Source: a virus
Taxonomy: Duplodnaviria; Caudoviricetes
Reading direction: 5' to 3' (one strand)
DNA length: 33,397 nucleotides
IMG/VR virus record: IMGVR_UViG_3300016666_000113
Coordinates: 1-33,397 of that record
Shown here: positions 24,601 through 32,050 of the stretch, in pieces
How the letters are laid out: every line of letters starts with the position of its first letter
Position numbering within the stretch: position 1 is the stretch's first letter
Made by a program: the position numbers and the translations under genes
The notes under the pieces: generated by a model
What the model saw: the letters and a program-made list of their open reading frames with translations, nothing else
Told to the model about the DNA's origin: nothing
Databases searched by the model: none

Positions 24601-24605
24601 TGTTT

Positions 24606-24647
24606 TCATGCCCTCGCTGTGAGGGTCTTTTTAGGAGTAAACATGGA
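24606..24647 (+). repeat. 42-bp leader repeat (hairpin, U-tract, RBS), copy 1
   Basis: TCATGCCCTCGCTGTGAGGGTCTTTTTAGGAGTAAACATGGA; 33/42 identical to 25107-25148. Confidence 0.85.
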
Positions 24648-24897
24648 AATCTTAACCTTATCCCACCACGACAGTTCAGCTAAGTTTGTGTGCCACTTTG
24701 AGGAATACACAGGCTCACTCTGGTACGTTTACATCAACTCAGAGGATTGCATTTACAACCTTCTCTCTGAAGCAGTCATTGAGGACTTTGAGCGTCAATA
24801 TGCCAAGTATCGCAAAGACGATGCGATTCAAAGAGAGGTTGATTTTGCGATTGACCAATACGACATGAAAGCACTTGACAATGCAATGTATCGCTAA
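24643..24897 (+). CDS. Hypothetical early protein
   Basis: 84 aa from ATG 24643 with AGGAG SD. Confidence 0.75.
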   Translation: MEILTLSHHDSSAKFVCHFEEYTGSLWYVYINSEDCIYNLLSEAVIEDFERQYAKYRKDDAIQREVDFAIDQYDMKALDNAMYR

Positions 24898-24914
24898 AGG
24901 CTGGAGAAAAAGAC

Positions 24915-25106
24915 GTGATAAAGACAATCGCCCTAACCCTGCTCCCGTTCGTTGTGACACTAGCGTTTTTCTATCTCATCGGTTCATTCATATCGGTGAG
25001 TTTCAATCCCGCTGAGTGGTCAATGGAATGTCGCATTTTGACAACAACATTCGGATTTATTTTTGGCTTGATGGTCGCACACAAGCTGGAATCGAGTAAT
25101 ATCTAG
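24915..25106 (+). CDS. Small two-TM membrane protein
   Basis: 63 aa, GGAG SD, two hydrophobic segments around FNPAEW. Confidence 0.7.
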   Translation: MIKTIALTLLPFVVTLAFFYLIGSFISVSFNPAEWSMECRILTTTFGFIFGLMVAHKLESSNI

Positions 25107-25148
25107 TCATGCCCTTATCCCAAGGGTCTTTTAAGGAGTAATCATGGA
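25107..25148 (+). repeat. 42-bp leader repeat, copy 2
   Basis: TCATGCCCTTATCCCAAGGGTCTTTTAAGGAGTAATCATGGA, preceded by TAATAT at 25097-25102. Confidence 0.85.
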
Positions 25149-25326
25149 CACAGATCGCAAATTACCTCGCACAATGAACGAGGCGTTTCAAAATACCGTT
25201 GAATACGGTGCAGCAATAGAAATCCCTGTAAAACAACTCAATCTCGTTGACAAAGTGATGATCGCTGTAAGCATTGTTGCTTTTGCAGTTGTGATTCTTG
25301 ACTTGTTTGTGTGGGGTGCAAAATGA
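25144..25326 (+). CDS. Small protein with C-terminal TM helix
   Basis: 60 aa; RKLPRTMNEAF motif; AAGGAG SD. Confidence 0.7.
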   Translation: MDTDRKLPRTMNEAFQNTVEYGAAIEIPVKQLNLVDKVMIAVSIVAFAVVILDLFVWGAK

Positions 25327-25877
25327 AGAACATTGCCACAGCCCTTGTAAAAGCACAGAAAGCCTTTGGCCCTGCGCTCAAAACTTCAACCAATCCACAC
25401 TTTCGCTCACGTTACGCTGATCTGTCAGCTTGCGTTGAGGCGGTCATTGACGCACTAAACAACAACGGGATTTTTCTTCTCCAGAAGAATTACGACTGTC
25501 CTGATGGAATTATGGTTGAGACTGTGTTTGTCCACGAATCAGGCGAGATGTTGGAGTGTGGGATTGTTCACTTCCCCGCCACCAAGAAAGACCCACAAGG
25601 CTACGCTTCTGCGCTGACTTATGGTCGCCGTTACTCGCTTATGGCAGCTTGCGGAATCGCCCCAGAAGATGATGATGGCAATCGAGCATCACGCCCAGAA
25701 AAGACTAATGTTGATTCAAGCGTAATGGCTGACCACTTGTTAGCTATCCAAGATGCTACGGATTCAGATTCACTCAAAGCAGCCTATCAAGCCGCTTATA
25801 AAGCCTGTGGCACAGATGCAAACTGGCAGAAGAAAGTGATTGCAGCTAAAGACGAAAAGAAAGCGAGTTTGAAATGA
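25323..25877 (+). CDS. erf: ERF-family single-strand annealing protein
   Basis: From ATG 25323; ALVKAQ, NPHFRSRYADL, HESGE, PQGYASALTYGRRYSLMAACGIAPEDDDGN. Confidence 0.9.
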   Translation: MKNIATALVKAQKAFGPALKTSTNPHFRSRYADLSACVEAVIDALNNNGIFLLQKNYDCPDGIMVETVFVHESGEMLECGIVHFPATKKDPQGYASALTYGRRYSLMAACGIAPEDDDGNRASRPEKTNVDSSVMADHLLAIQDATDSDSLKAAYQAAYKACGTDANWQKKVIAAKDEKKASLK

Positions 25878-26260
25878 CCAAAGAAGAACTGTTAGATCAC
25901 TTTGCGGTAAACGCAATGAACGCTCAAATTGAAAAAATGGGCATTACAAATCCATTTGCTTTGGCGCAAACAGCATATCGCATGGCAAAGGAAATGGTTG
26001 AACACCGTGATCGTATTATTCAAGAATGGGAAGAAGAAGAAAAACGCAAATATCGTTATGAAAATTCAAATCTAAAAGAACTTGACCTGCCAATTCGATA
26101 CCATAACTGTTTAACTTCTGAGTGTATTCAAATGAAAGAAGATTTGTGTCTTTGGACTGAACGTGACTTAAGAAGGATTCCAAATTTGGGTATGAAAGGC
26201 TTGAAACTAATTAAAGAAGCCATGGCTGCACACGGATTAAAACTGAAAGGCCAAGAATGA
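25874..26260 (+). CDS. Protein with RNA polymerase alpha-CTD-like domain
   Basis: ELDLPIRYHNCL...DL...TERDLRRIPNLGMKGLKLIKEAM..HGLKL matches the RpoA CTD pattern (LELTVRSANCL...[20 protein letters not shown]). Confidence 0.8.
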   Translation: MTKEELLDHFAVNAMNAQIEKMGITNPFALAQTAYRMAKEMVEHRDRIIQEWEEEEKRKYRYENSNLKELDLPIRYHNCLTSECIQMKEDLCLWTERDLRRIPNLGMKGLKLIKEAMAAHGLKLKGQE

Positions 26261-26261
26261 A

Positions 26262-26462
26262 ATGGCCAAAATTCAACTTACCGAACATCAAGCCTTTATG
26301 CTTAAGCACTTTGCGTTAGGTTGGAAGTTTAAGTTGGATAACAAAAAGCCTGGTTCATGGAACACTTATTGGTCGCTTAGACGCAGGGGCTTTGTGAACT
26401 CTGGAAGCATATTGACTGAAATGGGCAAAAAAGCTCTAAAGGATTGGAAGGATAAACAATGA
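26262..26462 (+). CDS. Small putative winged-helix protein
   Basis: LTEHQ..ML...SLRRRGFV.....LTEMGKKAL. Confidence 0.6.
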   Translation: MAKIQLTEHQAFMLKHFALGWKFKLDNKKPGSWNTYWSLRRRGFVNSGSILTEMGKKALKDWKDKQ

Positions 26463-27082
26463 TTGAACAAGGCACACCAGAATGGTTTGCAGCCCGTATT
26501 GGCAAAGTAACCGCCAGCCGAGTTGCTGATGTAATTGCCAAGACTAAATCAGGATATTCAACCAGCCGTGATAACTACATGGCACAGTTGATTTGCGAAC
26601 GAATGACGGGTCAAAAAGGCGAGTCATTCACCAACGCAGCAATGGAATGGGGTACTGCTAACGAGGAGTTTGCCAAGGCAGCTTACGAGGCTCTCAAAGA
26701 TGTTCTCGTTGATGAGGTGGGAATTATTGACCATCCATTCCTACCAATGTGTGCTGCCTCACCAGATGGGTTAGTGGACATTGACGGGATGATTGAGATC
26801 AAATGCCCAAACACAGCAACTCACTTTGAGACACTTCTAAAAGGTGAAGTGCCTTCTAAGTACATTCCTCAAATGCAATGGCAAATGGCTTGTGCAAATC
26901 GCTTGTGGGTTGACTTTGTAAGTTTTGACCCAAGAGCGCCTGAAGGCTTACAGTTGTTCGTCAAACGGGTAGAGCGTGACGATAAATATATCAAAGAATT
27001 AGAAGAAGAAGTGCATAAGTTCAAAACAGAACTTGAGCAACGCATTGAGAAACTTAACAAACTGAAAGAAAACAATGGCTAA
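26459..27082 (+). CDS. YqaJ / lambda-exonuclease family recombination nuclease
   Basis: QGTPEWFAARIGKVTAS, AMEWG...E, ASPDGLV....IEIKCP, Y.PQMQWQM, DFVSFDPR. Confidence 0.9.
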   Translation: MIEQGTPEWFAARIGKVTASRVADVIAKTKSGYSTSRDNYMAQLICERMTGQKGESFTNAAMEWGTANEEFAKAAYEALKDVLVDEVGIIDHPFLPMCAASPDGLVDIDGMIEIKCPNTATHFETLLKGEVPSKYIPQMQWQMACANRLWVDFVSFDPRAPEGLQLFVKRVERDDKYIKELEEEVHKFKTELEQRIEKLNKLKENNG

Positions 27083-27314
27083 AACAGTCTATGAAGTCTC
27101 CACAATCGTGGGCAAATACACAAACAAAGACGGTCAGGAAAAGAACCGCTATCAGCGAGTAGGCTCTGTGATCGACACCAAGAACGGACTGATGCTGCGG
27201 ATTGACAGCGTTCCAATCGTTGAAGGTGGTTGGTCTGGTTGGTGTTATCTGAACGAACCCAAACCAAAAGAAGATAAAGGATTCCCAAAAGACTTTGAAG
27301 ATGTAGATTTTTGA
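27075..27314 (+). CDS. Small SSB-like protein
   Basis: 79 aa, beta-rich, acidic tail ending in Phe (DFEDVDF); follows ERF and exonuclease genes. Confidence 0.6.
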   Translation: MAKTVYEVSTIVGKYTNKDGQEKNRYQRVGSVIDTKNGLMLRIDSVPIVEGGWSGWCYLNEPKPKEDKGFPKDFEDVDF

Positions 27315-27350
27315 GATAAATTTAAGCCAACTTAAGACGGAGTAAGACAC

Positions 27351-27644
27351 ATGGAATTTGGCACATTTTTCGGTAAGCTGTTTCGTAAAAACGACCCACA
27401 AACCTCTTTTGAGGCGGCTGAGAAGGTTGATACCTCTCGGCTAGAAAAGTTGGTCTATGAGGCGATTAAGGGGTTTGGCGAGGCTGGTTGCATTAGCGAC
27501 CAAATCCTTGCCATGTTCCCGACAATGCCTTATTCCTCAATCACGGCTAGATACAAGGCGTTACTGGACAAAGGATTCATTGAAATCACAGGCACAAGGG
27601 TAGGAAAGTCAGGTAGACAACAGAGAGTGATGGTGGCTAAATGA
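27351..27644 (+). CDS. Winged-helix DNA-binding protein
   Basis: RKNDPQTSFEAA, SITARYKALLDKGFI..TGTR...SGRQQRV; GGAG SD. Confidence 0.7.
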   Translation: MEFGTFFGKLFRKNDPQTSFEAAEKVDTSRLEKLVYEAIKGFGEAGCISDQILAMFPTMPYSSITARYKALLDKGFIEITGTRVGKSGRQQRVMVAK

Positions 27645-27683
27645 TATTCATCGCTTTTGCGTTTTTCCTTGTGGGGGAGATTT

Positions 27684-27788
27684 ATGACGAATATCTTGAT
27701 TCTTGTAACGATTCTTGGTTTGGGATGCCTTATCGGTGGATTGATATTTATCGCTCTAATGGCAGTTTGGAGTGCGTCAAATGACTGA
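27684..27788 (+). CDS. 34-aa membrane peptide (not in ORF track)
   Basis: MTNILILVTILGLGCLIGGLIFIALMAVWSASND; GGGGGAG SD. A competing 47-aa frame at 27641-27784 also exists. Confidence 0.5.
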   Translation: MTNILILVTILGLGCLIGGLIFIALMAVWSASND

Positions 27789-28290
27789 AAGAGAAGCATT
27801 GAAGCTGGCGCTTGAACCAACGCAGCAAGAACTGAAAGAGCTGTTTCATTACGAGCGAGGTTTTCTATTTTGGAAAGCTCCACGCAAAAAGGTTGTAGTT
27901 GGCAATCTTGTTGGTTGGGTGGCTAGAAGTGGGTATGCCGAAGTCAAGTTAAACCAAAAAATCTACAAACTGCATCGTTTGATATTCAAGATGCACAACG
28001 GTTATATGCCTGAATTTGTAGACCACATTGACTGTGACAGGCTAAATAACAAGATTGAAAACCTTAGAGAAGCAACAGCATCACAAAATAAATGGAATCA
28101 GGCAGCGCCAAAGAACAACACAAGCGGGGTTAAAGGCGTTTGCTTTGACAAGCGGTACAACAAATGGAAAGCGTATCTCAAGGTAAACAGCAAGCAAAAA
28201 AACATTGGGTATTTTGAATCAATAGAACTGGCTGCTCAAGCCGTACAAAAAGCAAGAGGTGAACAACATGAACAATTCGCAAGACACTAA
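27781..28290 (+). CDS. HNH-AP2 homing endonuclease
   Basis: LHRLIF...VDHIDCDRLNNKIENLREAT..QN (HNH); NTSGVKGV.....KWKAY......IGYF...ELAA.A (AP2). Confidence 0.9.
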   Translation: MTEREALKLALEPTQQELKELFHYERGFLFWKAPRKKVVVGNLVGWVARSGYAEVKLNQKIYKLHRLIFKMHNGYMPEFVDHIDCDRLNNKIENLREATASQNKWNQAAPKNNTSGVKGVCFDKRYNKWKAYLKVNSKQKNIGYFESIELAAQAVQKARGEQHEQFARH

Positions 28291-28936
28291 AAACTCACAG
28301 CTAGAGCAGGAGCGATGCGTTGGTTGCGAGGCTTGTATTGATACAGCCTGTGGTCGTGATGAATGTCCAAAGGGTTGGCCTAAAGCATTGCAGCAAGAGC
28401 AGGAGCCTGTGGCGTGGGTTCCGTATTTGAGCGACCGTGCCGATGGCGTAAAAGGCCATTACGCAATTGCAAGATGGAACCCAAGGGGTTACCGCGAAGT
28501 GTGGAATCTTCGCCGCCACGAGTGGGGGGCTTACAGCGATGATGTTTTGAGTCTTGAGGAGGCTGATACTTTGCTTCGGCTCATAACGATCCCAACACGC
28601 AAAGTCACATCCCCACAGCCACCACAACCCAAAGAGCCAGAGCAGGAGCCTGTGGCGTATTTGGTAACAGGGCCGTATGAAAAAGTAGCATTTTCAGACA
28701 TTGGTTCTGCCAACGCATATTGCAAAGGGCTAAATACAGGCTACGGAACAGAGGCGTACCTAGTTGTCCCTCTCTACACCACCCCACCACAGCGCACATG
28801 GGTTGGGCTGACGGATGATGAAAGGCGACAAGCAATGAATACAGTAACGTATTCTCAGTTGGGCATGACTGCCGCAGAGTGGGCGTATGAGGTGCAAAAG
28901 GCAACAGAAGCCAAACTCAAGGAAAAGAACACATGA
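28268..28936 (+). CDS. Modular hypothetical protein with repeated EQEPVA linkers
   Basis: ATG 28268 with GAGGT SD; EQEPVAW and EQEPVAY; PLYTTPPQRTWVGLTDDE; ends EAKLKEKNT. Confidence 0.75.
   Translation: MNNSQDTKNSQLEQERCVGCEACIDTACGRDECPKGWPKALQQEQEPVAWVPYLSDRADGVKGHYAIARWNPRGYREVWNLRRHEWGAYSDDVLSLEEADTLLRLITIPTRKVTSPQPPQPKEPEQEPVAYLVTGPYEKVAFSDIGSANAYCKGLNTGYGTEAYLVVPLYTTPPQRTWVGLTDDERRQAMNTVTYSQLGMTAAEWAYEVQKATEAKLKEKNT
28396..28658. repeat. Exact 20-bp direct repeat bounding a coding module
   Basis: AGAGCAGGAGCCTGTGGCGT at 28396-28415 and 28639-28658; 11-bp partial copy at 28303-28313. Confidence 0.9.
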
Positions 28937-29118
28937 GTAAAGGTTCAGCACCACGCCCATTCAGCGTAACTCAGCAAGAATATAATTCCCGATGGGATGC
29001 AATATTCGGCAGAGATTTAGATGATAAACCTGACCCAGACAAAAAAGAGTTACCTCAAGGCACAATCGGCTCTGGAGACAATGCTGGCAGGAACGAAATG
29101 CACCCCGACAGAACGTGA
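28933..29118 (+). CDS. Small conserved hypothetical protein
   Basis: MSKGSAPRP......Y..RWDAIFG; ATGA-coupled. Confidence 0.65.
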   Translation: MSKGSAPRPFSVTQQEYNSRWDAIFGRDLDDKPDPDKKELPQGTIGSGDNAGRNEMHPDRT

Positions 29119-29212
29119 ATTCTTTATCAGGGGCTATATCGCAGCGGTTGAGACTATCCTAGAACAGCAAGAGCCTCTTCCGTGTGCTTTATCCGATCTG
29201 CCAAGCCGATAG
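29021..29212 (+). CDS. Hypothetical protein
   Basis: 63 aa; overlaps the previous ORF by 98 nt and the endolysin 3' end by 59 nt. Confidence 0.4.
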   Translation: MINLTQTKKSYLKAQSALETMLAGTKCTPTEREFFIRGYIAAVETILEQQEPLPCALSDLPSR

Positions 29213-29750
29213 TTCCACCGTTGATTTTCTTGGTCAGCCCAACCCAATCTGAGGCTTCTGCCAGGCTATTACAGTTGTGAGTTGACCAAAACCAACCTGC
29301 TGTCAGGGCTGCGTATTTAGGAGTAGCCACAAGGTCAGGCTCCATAACAAAATCAACGCCCAATGCCTTACCAGCATGAAAATAATTAGCGTGACCTGTA
29401 AGCTGAATACAGCCACGACCCCGAAAACGATACCCGTCACCAGATGCCTCGTCACGGTTGCCCATACGACTAGCATAAACCATGTTGGCGATTTTTCTAG
29501 GGTTTCTCTCGTAAGCATTAGCCACCTCTTGAGTTGGAAAGCGTTTAGGCCATAACTTCATCAGAGTGGCGGCTCGATAGTTTAAGTTCTCTTCCAGAAT
29601 CTTAAAGTTACCGCACTCATGCCCACATTGACCTATAAATGCGGCTTGCTTTCTGTGAGTGTTTATCTCAAAGCGCTCAAAAGTCTCGTTAAGCGCATCA
29701 ACCCATTGGCTTCCGATATGTAGCTTGGCTAGTTGTTCAGCGGTTACCAT
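29154..29750 (-). CDS. Endolysin, glycoside hydrolase family 19
   Basis: AAFIGQCGHE, ENLNY, IANMVYASRMGN, DGYRFRGRGCIQLTG..NY, AGWFW, TKKINGGTIGLADR. Confidence 0.92.
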   Translation of the reverse strand: MVTAEQLAKLHIGSQWVDALNETFERFEINTHRKQAAFIGQCGHECGNFKILEENLNYRAATLMKLWPKRFPTQEVANAYERNPRKIANMVYASRMGNRDEASGDGYRFRGRGCIQLTGHANYFHAGKALGVDFVMEPDLVATPKYAALTAGWFWSTHNCNSLAEASDWVGLTKKINGGTIGLADRIKHTEEALAVLG

Positions 29751-30195
29751 TTATCGTGTCCTTTACTTGGTTGTAGGCTGCGATACAGGCGTTGAGTTCG
29801 TTGATTGCCCTGTCGCCTTCTGCTGCGAGTTGAGCAATAAGTCTGAGAGTCTCTCGCTCAGATTCGCTTGCTTCGGCGTTATTCCCGCTGGCAGAGGCGG
29901 AACTTGTGGCGGCTTGTACGCAACTTGAGGAGTTGAGCCGCACCCGACCAGCACGAATGGCAGCATCAAGAGAGTTTTGTTTTTGAGTGACAACATCGTT
30001 AGCCTCTTTCAGTTGTGAAGATGTTTGGTTAAGGTCTTGAGCGAGTTTCTGCTCTTTAGCCCTAGATTCCTCATTCAGACGAGCAATCTCAGCTTGCATC
30101 TCTGCATCACGCTCTTTATATCCTGTGTGAGTCCCGTACTTATATGTACCAAGGACTACACAGATAGCACCGATAATCATCCAAGGGTTAATCAT
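29737..30195 (-). CDS. Rz: Rz-like inner-membrane spanin
   Basis: From ATG 30195; N-terminal TM, long coiled coil, EGDRAINELNACIAAY. Confidence 0.8.
   Translation of the reverse strand: MINPWMIIGAICVVLGTYKYGTHTGYKERDAEMQAEIARLNEESRAKEQKLAQDLNQTSSQLKEANDVVTQKQNSLDAAIRAGRVRLNSSSCVQAATSSASASGNNAEASESERETLRLIAQLAAEGDRAINELNACIAAYNQVKDTINGNR
29763..29996 (-). CDS. Rz1: Rz1-like outer-membrane spanin lipoprotein embedded in Rz
   Basis: Alternative frame inside Rz; lipobox LVGC followed by Pro-rich PPQVPPLP. Confidence 0.75.
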   Translation of the reverse strand: MLSLKNKTLLMLPFVLVGCGSTPQVAYKPPQVPPLPAGITPKQANLSERLSDLLLNSQQKATGQSTNSTPVSQPTTK

Positions 30196-30628
30196 TGTGC
30201 GCCCTCGCTTGTGCCAGTTCTTCACGTTCATGGTCAGGCTCTAAGTGGTCTGCTGGAGTTGTAGGGGGTGGGGGTGGTGTCCACGACTCATCTAATTGAG
30301 GATTGACCCATACAGGCAACGCACCCGATGGGTCACTTGGCTTTGGGGGCGTTTCTCCCTTTGGATCACCAGATGAGCCTGAGACTGCCCGTTTAGTCAT
30401 CACTCCACCAATGCCACCAACGATGAGTAGAACAATGTCGTTCAGCATCTTGAGATAACCTTGGTCGATTGGAGCCATAGACTTAATCGGTTGGGTTACA
30501 AACGTCACGCTGTACAACATGAAGAACACGATTCCAGCTAGGATTACAGTCACGATGCCGACCACAAAGGCCCACACCCTGACCTCAATTTCCGCTGGAC
30601 TGAGAGGCTGTTGATTGGGGTTGCTCAA
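30188..30628 (-). CDS. Two-TM membrane protein with Pro-rich tail (holin candidate)
   Basis: TM1 VWAFVVGIVTVILAGIVFFMLY; TM2 IVLLIVGGIGGVM; PPPPPTTP tail; TTG start. Confidence 0.6.
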   Translation of the reverse strand: MSNPNQQPLSPAEIEVRVWAFVVGIVTVILAGIVFFMLYSVTFVTQPIKSMAPIDQGYLKMLNDIVLLIVGGIGGVMTKRAVSGSSGDPKGETPPKPSDPSGALPVWVNPQLDESWTPPPPPTTPADHLEPDHEREELAQARAHND

Positions 30629-30806
30629 TTTTCTTCTCCAAGATAGGGGCGACCAAGTATTCAGGACAGGTCTGGGTAAACAGGCATCGAGGCTTCTGGC
30701 ACTCAGGCAGATTAAACTTGTCTGGGTTTTGACAGGTATATCGGTATCTGTCCTCGCACCCCGTCAATGCTGTTACCGCTAGTAGCGTCAGGATTAGATT
30801 TCTCAC
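30585..30806 (-). CDS. Small lipoprotein with four further Cys
   Basis: Lipobox LTGC; DRYRYTCQNP...ECQKPRC....TCP; GAGGGG SD. Confidence 0.75.
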   Translation of the reverse strand: MRNLILTLLAVTALTGCEDRYRYTCQNPDKFNLPECQKPRCLFTQTCPEYLVAPILEKKIEQPQSTASQSSGN

Positions 30807-31005
30807 GTTTCCCCTCTTTCAGTTGCTCTTCAAGTTTCTGTTTCAGTTGCTCAGTCTTACGCCTGTCTGCTTTTATCTGTTCGCTGAGAATTTTGTTGTC
30901 AAGATAGATAAAGGCAACGGCTGGTAAGGCAATGAAGCTGACGGTGGCGAATAAGACCATGCCCCAAAAGTAGATTTTTGCGTCATACTCAGAGATATTA
31001 GCCAT
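30712..31005 (-). CDS. Single-TM coiled-coil protein
   Basis: 97 aa from ATG 31005; one TM then a Lys/Glu/Gln coiled coil. Confidence 0.55.
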   Translation of the reverse strand: MANISEYDAKIYFWGMVLFATVSFIALPAVAFIYLDNKILSEQIKADRRKTEQLKQKLEEQLKEGKREKSNPDATSGNSIDGVRGQIPIYLSKPRQV

Positions 31006-31664
31006 ATAAACACCCAGAAGATAATAATCAACCCAAGCGTTACCCAATGAGGTACACAACGATCAACCCTGTCATTCTCAGTCTTGATCTTGTCAATCCG
31101 CTTTTGTTTCTCGTTCCTTCTGTCTCTCTCCCTTGCCTTTTTCTGTTCGTCAAGAATCTTTGAATACATAGCCTTGTATCGGCTATATAGTGGCCCAAGC
31201 TGTGCAGGAGCCTCATTCATCAATTCTCTTAACTCAGCACCACATTTAACCAACTTTGTCTCAATCGAAATCAACTCCAAAGCGCCAAGGTTGTTGTCAC
31301 CGTAAGAACTACCAAATACCTTTTTCTCCAAATCCTCTTTGTAGGCTACCAAATAGGCTTGAGCCTTAAAGAAGTCCCCAACGTGCTTAATGAATTGGTC
31401 AATGATTGCATCTTCGTCAGGAATATAGTCAACATATTCATCCTTTACTTTTTTCTTTGGCTCTTCAATTTTTCCAGAGTTAACGCTTTGCTTATCTTCT
31501 GGTAAGAACAAACTCTTGACCCAACCAAAAAAACCAGAAACATCTTTGACGATTGCCTTGGCATCTTCAACACCTTTTTTTATCCTTTGAATTTCTGCTT
31601 TGCCTTCAGACAGCATTTCACAGCAAGAGCGTATACCCTTGAGTGCGCTTCCCAACATGAGCAT
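30873..31664 (-). CDS. Coiled-coil protein with C-terminal TM helix
   Basis: 263 aa; charged helical body; WVTLGLIIIFWVFIWLISL near the C-terminus. Confidence 0.7.
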   Translation of the reverse strand: MLMLGSALKGIRSCCEMLSEGKAEIQRIKKGVEDAKAIVKDVSGFFGWVKSLFLPEDKQSVNSGKIEEPKKKVKDEYVDYIPDEDAIIDQFIKHVGDFFKAQAYLVAYKEDLEKKVFGSSYGDNNLGALELISIETKLVKCGAELRELMNEAPAQLGPLYSRYKAMYSKILDEQKKARERDRRNEKQKRIDKIKTENDRVDRCVPHWVTLGLIIIFWVFIWLISLSMTQKSTFGAWSYSPPSASLPYQPLPLSILTTKFSANR

Positions 31665-31689
31665 TGCAGAAATCGGGTCAATGGCAGTC

Positions 31690-31911
31690 TCACTTGTCGG
31701 CTTTGCCGTCTAGCTTTTCAAAGATTTGGCGGCACAAGTCCTTGACCTCACGCAAGTCATCTTTGTAGTCGTTCTTTACGACATACTCATGTGGCATTGC
31801 ACGAACGTCAGAGTCTAGGCGCTCAATGGCTTTTGTGATGTTGTTTAGCACCCAACCACCAAAGAAGGCGGCTAGGGCAACAGCACCATTAAACAGAACT
31901 TGGTAATCCAT
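31690..31911 (-). CDS. Small TM plus coiled-coil protein (XhlA-like/holin-like)
   Basis: 73 aa from ATG 31911: MDYQVLFNGAVALAAFFGGWVL...YVVKNDYKDD...IFEKLDGKADK. Confidence 0.7.
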   Translation of the reverse strand: MDYQVLFNGAVALAAFFGGWVLNNITKAIERLDSDVRAMPHEYVVKNDYKDDLREVKDLCRQIFEKLDGKADK

Positions 31912-32050
31912 CGCTCTCTTTCGGAAGTTGTTGCTCTGCTTGTTCCTTAATCTGCATAGCAAGTGGGTAAGCGCCTGTTTTTGTAGGCAAATCACCCAAT
32001 ACTTGCAGAATAAAGTTAACCGCTTCTGGAGAAAGTTCTAGTTTAATCAT
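31889..32050 (-). CDS. 53-aa protein after the tail-fibre chaperone (not in ORF track)
   Basis: MIKLELSPEAVNFILQVLGDLPTKTGAYPLAMQIKEQAEQQLPKESDGLPSSV; ATGA-coupled. Confidence 0.7.
   Translation of the reverse strand: MIKLELSPEAVNFILQVLGDLPTKTGAYPLAMQIKEQAEQQLPKESDGLPSSV

Noticed and set aside
24606-25148. Leader hairpins as true lambda nut sites
   Set aside because: The loops are not GNRA-like, no boxA is evident and no N-like protein is recognisable.
31665-31682. Possible ATT start extending the 263-aa gene (IDPISA)
   Set aside because: In frame and plausible, but unsupported without homologue alignment or Ribo-seq.
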